A DNA stretch of 64,000 nucleotides. Source: Vicugna vicugna. Taxonomy: Eukaryota. The position numbers and the translations under genes were made by a program. The stretch lies in assembly GCA_013265495.1 (NCBI GenBank), contig MU058781.1, positions 12,073,009 to 12,137,008 of the forward strand, in the 5' to 3' direction. Shown here piece after piece: positions 55,081 to 64,000 of the stretch (positions within the stretch are counted from its first letter, which is position 1; each line of letters opens with the position of its first letter). The notes beneath the pieces were generated by a model. That model saw only the letters and a program-made list of their open reading frames with translations, made no database searches and was not told the DNA's origin.

Positions 55081-56285
55081 TAGCTCCCCTTCTCCTGCCC
55101 CACATTTCTCATCTTCTCACTGCCTTGTATAGAGTTTAGAGGACAAGGGCTGAATAAATAACCTGTCAATCTAAATTGGGAAGAGAGCATAATCACTCAA
55201 AATTTTGGCCAGTGAACTCCTCTGAGCAAAACCTCCTGCTAACTTCCTCACCTGGGTAAAGAATTTTCATCTTCCCTAAAATCCATTCATATCCTTTCAG
55301 CTTTCAAAGACTTCCTGCAAAGATTCTCTTTGGATATCTGGATTTGGTGATGACACTGTGGTTCCCACATCCCTCCTCTGTGATACCCGCAGGTTTTATC
55401 CATCAGGCAGATGACAGTTAGTGGGACTTTGCTCCATCCTCGGGGGGGTGGACCTTCCCTCCCAGACCATGCTGGTTTCTCTTCTCTACCCAGGTTCTGT
55501 TGTGTCTTTCTTAAAGGGCAGCAATGTACAAAAAGAACCACTGGATGTGTCAATATGTAGAAGTGCTCCTTTTTTACTACCCACAAAGGAGCACAGGAGA
55601 TGCTCACACTCCATTCCTGAGCCTCAGCTCATTCCACCCCAAACGCTGGCTGAGGACGACAGGGGATGGTGCAAAGGCATAACTATTTTATTTATGTAGA
55701 ACACTTAATGGTTTGTTTTTAGGTAACATCAGAAGATGTTTTTAGATAACCACATGAAAACAACTCGGTCAAAAAAAAAAATCAAACAAAAAAATCCCCT
55801 CTATTCCTGCAACTTCATTCCTTATGCTGTACAGCTGGAATCTCCAACCAGGAGGGGGCTCAGAGCTTATGCCGAAGTGTGGCAGGTACTTGGAGTAGTT
55901 CTGTACCCCGCTGACCATCTGTGAACATGGGAAAGCTTGGGTTTGGGCCACTGTCATGGGGATCCAGGCATTTTAGAATAGAGACTGCTTATTTTTCTTA
56001 TAGATTTTAATGTGGACCCAGGATGTCCCAGCATTTAGGAAAATTTCCTCATCCATAATCATACTAAAGTCTGCAAGTGAGGCTTGCAAACTCTCACTAC
56101 CCCAATTCACAGGTAATAAAGTTGAGCTACTCGGCTAAAAAGAGCTATCTTCCTGGCCCCTAATCCCAGAAAGACAACTCTAAACCTTCTTCCTTAAATG
56201 ACTAAATCAGGAGTGAACATCTGACCCACAGGGAATCTTCAGGTTCTCTCTCCAAATAATTTGGAAAAGTGAAAAAGAATTAGTT

Positions 56286-56439
56286 GAGGGGTTGGTAAAC
56301 TATTGCTCATCAGCTCAATCTGGCAACACCCACTAGTTTACATATTATCTATGACAGCCCATGGCTGCAACAGAGATCTGCAGGTCCAGAAAGTCTAAAA
56401 TACTTACTATCTGTCCTTTACAAAGTTTTCCACTTCCTG
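56286..56439. mobile_element. hAT-Charlie MITE (MER58-like)
   Basis: aggggttggtaaactat...aaagtctaaaatacttactatctgtccttt. Confidence 0.65.
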
Positions 56440-57937
56440 AAAGAGAAGGTCACAGAGACGTGGATGCCGTGATCACCATTTGGGGTCAGGAGCGTCATAT
56501 GCACTCGGAACAGAGGAAACTGCTCAGAGGGGATGAGAGACAGACAGACAGACAGACAGAGAGACAGAGAGAATACAGGAGAGGTTGCCAAGGGCAGATA
56601 CAAACAAAGCAGCTCAGAGAAGAGACAGAAAGGGCCTGACGACCTTCCAGTGTCCATGAGACACACAGGTCCTGCTTGTGCTCCATACCTGTGATAGTCT
56701 TATGCATCCAACAATAAACCTTTTATCTAATCTAGGTTGAATGTGGTTCTGTTTCTTTCAACAAGATGAAACCTAAGTCAGCCAAAGGGGCTACTATGTG
56801 ATTACAATAAGTATAGACCAATTAAGGTCCCTGAAGCTATTGCTGATTTTCTTGATGAATCATTGAGACGACTTTATAGTTAACCTAGGGTACAGAAGAT
56901 GCACTTGGAAACAGGAAATACACTCCTAAGTCAAGATTTATGAATGGGGTAACTAGTCTTGTGGGCACTGGGAATACATTAGCAAAGGTCTTCATCATAG
57001 GGGACTAGCCGAGCATAGAGGCCACTTGGTCCCAATGATTATTAAACAATATCTATTAACTACAAAGCCCTTGAAGACAGAGAGGTGATTTATCCACAGT
57101 GCAGTCCTGGGTAGGGTCAGTGGAAGAACAGGAGGAACTGTATGGGCCCAAGATGGCATCAGTTATGCTAACAGCCATACATCATGTAATATAGAAACTA
57201 CTTTGAAGAAGAATAAAATCACAAAATTATGTCGAGTTGGTAAACAGGAGGTAATCCAATAGCTAAGACACTGATGAAAATAATTAGAATGATTAAAATC
57301 TTCCTCTCTCACTGAACCAGAAGATGAAAAATTTGACAACTAATTCTTAATAACATAAAAAAAATCTATGTGTCAAATATGATCATGGGGAAAAATCAAA
57401 AAATAAATGGCAGATTGGGAAAAATGTTTGTCTCTTATATCACAGACACTGGTTACATCATTATTTAACTGAATAGTTAGTGTTACTGGTTTTCTCATCC
57501 TAGAGAAAAAATCGCTGTTAACTTTTTAAATTCATTGTGACAGTTCTGGTGTGATCTTAAATCTGAGAAGCAGCTGCAAATGGCTGGCAGAGGTGAGGTT
57601 GTAAAACAGAAATTTTTTTGTACTTGGGAAGAAACTATCACAAGAACTTCAGACTAAGATAACGGACCAAGCCAATGCGTTGGTCCCTCACTCTTAGCCT
57701 AACACCTAACAGCAAAAATCCAGAAGCCAGAAAGGGGTTGTCCTATCCATGTACGTGTATAAGAAAAATATTTATTAGGCTGGAGATTTATCCACTATAT
57801 AGGGCTGCCTTCACAAACTAGTGGGCTGGCATGGGACTCCTGTCAGGATGAGCTCATGGGCAAAAATTATAAAGCAGCAAGGAAACTCACCATCAGTGAT
57901 AATAAGCAATCTGAAGGGGACTTAAACTAAGGATGTC

Positions 57938-58235
57938 AAAAACAGAAGCAGACTCACAGACATAGAAAACAAACTTGTGGTTACCAGGGGGCAAAGGGGG
58001 CGAGTGTGGAGGGATAAACTGGGAGTTCGGGATTTGCAGATACTAACTACTATACATAAAATAGATAACCAGCAAGGCCCTACTGTATAGCACAGGGAAC
58101 TGTATTCAATACCTTGTAGTAGCCTATAATGAAAAAGAATATGAAAAGAAATACACACGTATGTAACTGAGTAACTATGCTGTACACCAGAAAGTAACAC
58201 AACATTGTAAATCAACTATACTTCAATTTAAAAAA
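57938..58235 (+). mobile_element. L1 3' UTR fragment
   Basis: gcagactcacagacatagaaaacaaacttgtggttacc...aatcaactatacttcaatttaaaaaa. Confidence 0.88.
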
Positions 58236-58344
58236 GTGAGGAAGTAAAAAATGTGCACATATTCAAAAAGAAAGAATCCACAAGACAAAAATAGGAATAC
58301 ACTTCTAAAAGAACAGGCATTTTTTTCAAAGTTGAAAAGATCAT

Positions 58345-58545
58345 TGTAGAAGATTAAAGGTGGCTGCAAATTTTTTTACAATGTCTCCCTCTGAAAGGCA
58401 GAGTCTGGGCTGGTCTTGTACCTTGTACCCCAGGTTTGACAAACAGAATATAGCAACAGTGATGCCACGTAACTTATGTATGAAGCTGGGCCTTAAGGGA
58501 TCTGCGGCTGCTGTATTTGTCTCTTAGGATGCTACCTCAGGACTG
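58345..58545 (+). mobile_element. MaLR LTR 5' fragment (MLT1G/H-like)
   Basis: tgtagaagattaaaggtggctgcaaat...ttgacaaacagaatatagc. Confidence 0.5.
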
Positions 58546-58594
58546 CTTGCAGCAGAGTGGCCTGGCGACCACTTGGCCCTGTTATTAGATTCAT

Positions 58595-58870
58595 GTATAT
58601 TTAACCTAGAAAAAGAGAAAAGTAAGGAGCTAAGAGACAGCTATCCTTAAATATCTGGAAATCTGTCATGTAGGAGAGGCTCCAGCATTGATCTGTGGGG
58701 CTCGGGGGATACAAGTTGGGGTTCTGTGTGGAGGTAGCAGGGGGCTTACTTGACTTAGGACCGTCTTCCCAGAGTCAGAGCTCTCCAAAGGTTCAGTGAG
58801 TTGTTGCCTCAAGAGGGAGTTTGTCCCTTGGTATTTCAATCAGAGGCTGGACAAACCACCTATCAGGGAC
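58595..58870 (+). mobile_element. CR1/L3-type LINE 3' fragment
   Basis: tttaacctagaaaaagagaa...ccttaaatatctggaaatctgtcatgtagg...tcagaggctgga. Confidence 0.5.
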
Positions 58871-59086
58871 AGTTACAGGGAGACTGCTGTGCTGGGCATG
58901 TGAAGGAGGAATGTTTGTTCCCCCCTCATCATGTGTCCACAGAGGGGAGGCTATTTCTACTCCAGAAATACATATTTCTATACCTAAGAAGGAGAAATGT
59001 GAAAGAAGTAATTCCAGTTTCTCTCTAAATGCACATGTATCTCTTCTCACCTGCCTGCTGGTGAATATAGTGACTTTACCAATCAG

Positions 59087-59483
59087 TGAATTTAGGAAAG
59101 GTTGCCCTAACAAAATATCACAGATGGATGGCTTAAACAACAGAAATGTATTTCCTCACATTTTGGAAGGCTAGGAGTTCAAGATCAAAGTGCCATCAGG
59201 GATGGATTCTGGTGAGGGCTCTCTTCCTGGTTTGCAGATGGCCACTTTCTCAGGGTCCTCACATGGCCTTTCCTCTTTGCTCGCATGGACAGAGAGTACA
59301 CTAGTCTCTCTTCCTCTTCTTATAAGGACACCAATCCTATGGGATGAAGGCCCCACCTGTAGGCTCTCACATAACCGTAATTACCTCCCTGAAGGTCGTA
59401 TCTCTGAATACAGTCACAGTAGGGGTTAAAGCTTCAACGTATGACTTTTTTTGGTGGGGGGCAGTCACAATTCAGTCCCTAAC
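59087..59483 (-). mobile_element. MaLR LTR (MLT1A/B-like)
   Basis: ggcttaaacaacagaaatgtatttcctcac...cttataaggacaccaatcc...acaattcagtccctaaca. Confidence 0.85.
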
Positions 59484-61170
59484 AGGGGCTGGGCATACTG
59501 ACCCTACAGACCTGACTGCCCACGGTGAGGATGCTCTCTGCACTCTTCCTTACCACATGATAAGCCCAGCAGGGAAGACTCTGCCCATGAAGGGGAAGCC
59601 TGTGACTGTCCAGCTCTTCCTGTAGCAGGTAAGTACTTTTCATTTGGAAATCAGAAAATATTAGGAAGCCTGTTGTGCCCACATCTTAGCCACACTGTCC
59701 ATTCTAGCTTTTATCAGTAATAAGGCTACTATTTTTATCTTCACCTGCCTGACTCTGCATCTTATTTTCAGTTGTGGGGAGAAAAGGGAGCATTATTTAA
59801 TGAATTCCTAAAACCAGCAAGGCAGGAAGCTAGAAACTTCCTTCTAAAATGAGACCTCATTTTAGTCCTAATCTTTAGTCCCTTCTGTCTGTATCTGGAT
59901 AGAAGCCCCCAGGAACTAGGATTTTAGACACAAAATAAATTTACGTTTTAAATGAAGATCTTTTTTCATTGACCACTCTGCCATTCCTTTTAGAGCCTAG
60001 CACAGAAATATCTGGCATTCAGCTTTCCTTTCTATTAAGGAAGTATCAGTCCAAGTGATGTCAGTAAACAACATGAAATCTCTCCAGGTAAATAGTGATG
60101 TATCTCTGAGCTTCCTGAAAAGGCAAGCATTTCAGCAGCTGCTTATCATCTCATGAAGTACAGTGTGTTCAGCTTAGAGGCAGGTACCCCATAAGAAACA
60201 AATGAATCCTTGTTTGTTTTATTTATTTGAGGGACTTTAAGACTGACTCTCCTGTGTAAGTTTGGGTAAGTTCCTAGAAAAATGTTAACCTTTCTTGGAC
60301 AAGAGGCTTGTTTCTCTGACATGCCTCACCCAAATGCATTCACTCTTGGGAAAATACCAGCTTAAATTATGTGCCATAGTTTAAAAGACAGTTTTTTGTT
60401 GTTGTTGTTAGGCTCAAATTAACTATTAGCTGTTTTTGCACCTTAAATAATATCTCGGTTACCAAAAGAAAAATTATTACTAATTCCAAATGAAGCTTTC
60501 AAATGATTGCTTATTGAAGGAAGAACATTCTTATACTCAACGCAAATACCTTTATTATGTACCAGATTCCTCCTTTCCTCAGAACTGTCCCGTCAGTCCC
60601 ATGCAGGCAACTTGGGCTCCTGCTGTGTACTTAGTATTGGCTCTAGACATAAATAGACCAACACACACTCATAAATGTTCAATCCTGTGCTCTAAAGCCA
60701 CTTGCCTCTCTCTAAATGGAAATTCGCATTTTCCTAAACATAAGCCTTGGCTGGCATTTCAGCATGCACTAGGAGGCATCCCAGGCTAGACGGGACTTTA
60801 CGCTCAAGGGGCTCCCAGTTTGAATGAGACAGACACTTGAAGAAAACAGACAACCCCCAGAAGACCCTGTCTTCTACACAAGGAATTGAATAATGGAGTC
60901 ATTTGTTCATTTTCATTCTGTAAGTGATTTTTCAGGAGGCAGCATCTCTACTGCATAGTTCTTGGTTGCTCTCCTGACCTGCCCAAGTGCCTACATGTGC
61001 CCAGTGCTGGTCCTGGGCAATTAGAGGCAAATGATACATGTCAGGTATCTTCCTTGTCCCCGGCTTTCCATAGGTGTAAAGAAAAGGACACGAGAGAGTG
61101 AGTCAGGAATCCTGGGTGACCTTGGGTATCTCATCTTTCTGGGTCTCATTTTTCTCAACAATGAGTAGAT

Positions 61171-61354
61171 CAGTGTTTCCCCCAATTTTCTGGGTGATTA
61201 GAATCTCCTGAGTAGTTCTGAAAATACAGATTCCAGGCTCTTGCTCTAGGGATTTTAATCCATCAGGCCTTGGATAGGGACCAGGAATCTTTACATTGAA
61301 TGAGCACCCCTAACCCAAATTAGACTATGACCAGGCAAGATTTGGAAAACAATG
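61171..61354. mobile_element. hAT-Charlie MITE (MER5-like)
   Basis: Ends cagtgtttcccc / tttggaaaacaatg; aaaatacagattccagg core. Confidence 0.65.
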
Positions 61355-61380
61355 AACTGGATGCTATTAAAATTTCTTTC

Positions 61381-63121
61381 CAAGATATCCCGTGTTCTTG
61401 GATTGGAAGAATTAATGTCGTTAAAATGGCCATACTACCTAAAGCAATCTACAGATTTAATGTGGTCACTACCAAATTACCCAAGACATTTTTTCACAGA
61501 ACTAGAACAAATAATCCTGAAATTTATATAGAATCACAAAAGATCCAGGATTACCAAAGCAATATTGAAGAAAAAGAACAAAGCTGGAGTAATAACCCTC
61601 CTAGACTTAATACTACAGAGCTACAGTAATCAAAACAGCATGACATTGGTACAACACTGGACATATGGATCAATGTAACAGAACAGAGAGTCCAGAAATA
61701 AACCCACAAACTTTTGGTCAATTAATCTTTGACAAAGGAGGCAGGGACATACAATGGAGTAAAGACAGTCTCTTCAGCAAATGGTGTAGGGATAACTGGA
61801 CAGCTGCATGTAAATTAATGAAGTTAGAATACTCCCTAATACCATACATAAGAATAAACTCAAAATGGCTTAACGATTTAAATATAAGACAAGACACTAT
61901 AAACCTCCTAGAAGAAAACACAGGCAAAACATTCTCTGACATAAATCTCAGCAATGTTCTCCTATAGCAGTCTGCCCAGGCAACAGAAATAAAAACAAAT
62001 ATTAACAAGTGGGACCTAATTAAACTTATAAGCTTTTGCACAGCAAAGGAAATCATAAGCAAAACAAAAAGATAACTTATGGAATAGGAGAAAATATTTG
62101 CAAAAGATGAGACTGACAAGGGTTTCATTTCCAGAATATATAAACAGCTCATACAACTTAATAATAAAAAACCCCAAATAATCCAATCCAAAAATGGGCA
62201 GGATACCTAAGCAAGCAATCCTCCAATAAAGACATACAAATGGCCAATAGGCACATGAAAAAAATGCTCAATATTGCCAATTATCAGAGAAATGCAAATC
62301 AAAACTACAATAAGGTATCACCTCACACCAGTAAATATGGCCATCATTCAAAAGTCCATGAATGATTAATGCTGGAGAAGGTGTAGGGAAAAGAGAACCT
62401 TCCTACACTATTGGTGGGAATGTAATTTGGTGTAGCCATTATGGAAAACAGTATGGAGATTCCTCAAAAGACTGAAAATAGACTCACCATATGATCCAAC
62501 AATCCCACTTCTGGGCATATATCCACAGGGAACCTTAATTCAAAAAGACACATGCACCTCAATGTTCACAGCAGCACTATTTACAATAGGCAAAACATGG
62601 AAACAACCTAAACGTCCATCAACAGATGACTGGATAATGCTGTGGTATGTTTATACAATGGAATACTACTCAGCCATAAAAATAACAAAATAATGCCATT
62701 TGCAGCAACATGAATGGACCTAGAGATTGTCATTCTAAGTGAAGTAAGCCAGAAAGAGAAAGAAAAATACCATATGATATCACTCATATGTGGAATCTAA
62801 AAAAAAAAAAAGACAAATTCACTTATATATAAAATAGAAACAGTCTCACAGACACAGAATACAGACTTGTGGTTGCCAGTGGGGAAGAGGGTGGAAAGAG
62901 ATAAACCGGGAGTTTAAGATTTGCAGATACTGACTGGTATATATAAAACAGATAAACAAGTTTATATTGTATAGCACAGGGAAATATATTCAATATCTTG
63001 TAGTAGCTTACAGTGAAAAATATGAAAATGAATATATGTATATTCACATATGACTGAAGAATTGTGCTGTACACCAGAAACGGACATAACACTACAACTG
63101 ACTATACCACAATTAAAAAAA
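61381..63121 (+). mobile_element. 5'-truncated L1 (ORF2 3' part, 3' UTR, A tail); disrupted
   Basis: ORFs [26 protein letters not shown] and QLIFDKG..IQWSKDSLFSKWC; internal stops. Confidence 0.93.
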
Positions 63122-64000
63122 GACACATTATAGAAAATAAATCATTACAATTAAACAAAACTTGTAGGATGTACCTAAAGCAGTACTTAAGAGTTAAAAT
63201 GCTATGTATTGTTCACCCCAGAACTCCTGCATTTAGAATTTTATCTTAAAGAAATAATTATGAGAGCGTGCAAACACTTAGCTGTCATAGCACTGATTAT
63301 GATAGTGAAAACCTAGAAACAATTTAAAAGTCCAAAAATAGGACATTAGTTAAATTATGGTAATACTACCCTTAAAATGATGTCATTGAAAAAAATTTAA
63401 TGACATGGAGAGGTGTTCATAATATTAAATGAAACAAGTTACAGAGCAGTATAATCCAATTTTTGTGGAAATAAAATAAGACTGGAAGGATGTACAGTAG
63501 TATATTATTCTTGATTATCTCTGGCTGGTAAAATTATGGGAGAATCTTTTTTTTTTAACTTTCTGATCTATATTATTTATATCATCTGTATTATTCATGT
63601 GATTATGAAAGACACAATAAATGGTCTATTAAAAATATTAACTTTATTTCCAGCATTTTCTTATGATAAACTTGGTCCAATTTCTTTTAGTCTACTTCCT
63701 TTGCCCTTTGGAGATGGTGTGGCATCAAACCAAGGCAATCTCTTCGAATTCTAAGGTCTACTAAATAGTCTGTCAGGTGTCCCTCATGTTTAAATGTTTA
63801 ATAACTATTGGGAGAAATAGTTGGGATGCACTGTTTATATTTCCAGAAAAGAAAGCACTGTTTATGTTTCCAGCTAGAAATATCATTATGAGTTTGTAAA
63901 AAGATGCAGATATTCTAACTCAGAGTTTAATGCATGCATCAGGGTTAAATAGCAATGATTCAAATTAGAGACCACTAATGTTTCTTGTACAACCATCAAT

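Noticed and set aside
46700..64000. Next gene (SCGN follows CARMIL1 in human) or another gene in the downstream region
   Set aside because: No CpG island, EF-hand coding sequence or coherent exon chain seen; the ORFs here are short and repeat-derived or random.

Overview
Mammalian genomic DNA, most likely a camelid, judging by six copies of a tRNA-derived SINE resembling the Tylopoda vic-1 family. The + strand carries the 3' part of CARMIL1 (LRRC16A). Eight constitutive coding exons (13896-42795) splice through GT-AG junctions into one stop-free frame of 455 aa. It runs from MTPKSKRK through the CPI and CSI motifs, the basic/hydrophobic membrane-binding motif and the Pro-rich tail to EKEFIFV*. 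A ~0.85 kb 3' UTR follows, with AATAAA at 43641. Earlier exons lie upstream of the window. The remaining ~20 kb is intergenic and repeat-rich (L1, ERV1/ERVL/MaLR LTRs, an ERVL integrase relic, DNA-transposon MITEs, MIR/L2/CR1). The best non-obvious signals are two candidate microexons absent from the ORF track. One is an in-frame 18-nt exon (TLCCTS) with UGC/UGCAUG motifs at its acceptor. The other is a 25-nt stop-containing exon in the last intron that would replace the C-terminus with ACPTNF* and should escape NMD. I also note substitutions in the CPI motif, inverted SINEs bracketing three exons, a SINE-L1 chimera and a strong CTCF-like motif. I found no evidence of a wholly new biological system. 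Repeat family names and human CARMIL1 comparisons are from memory, not from a database search.
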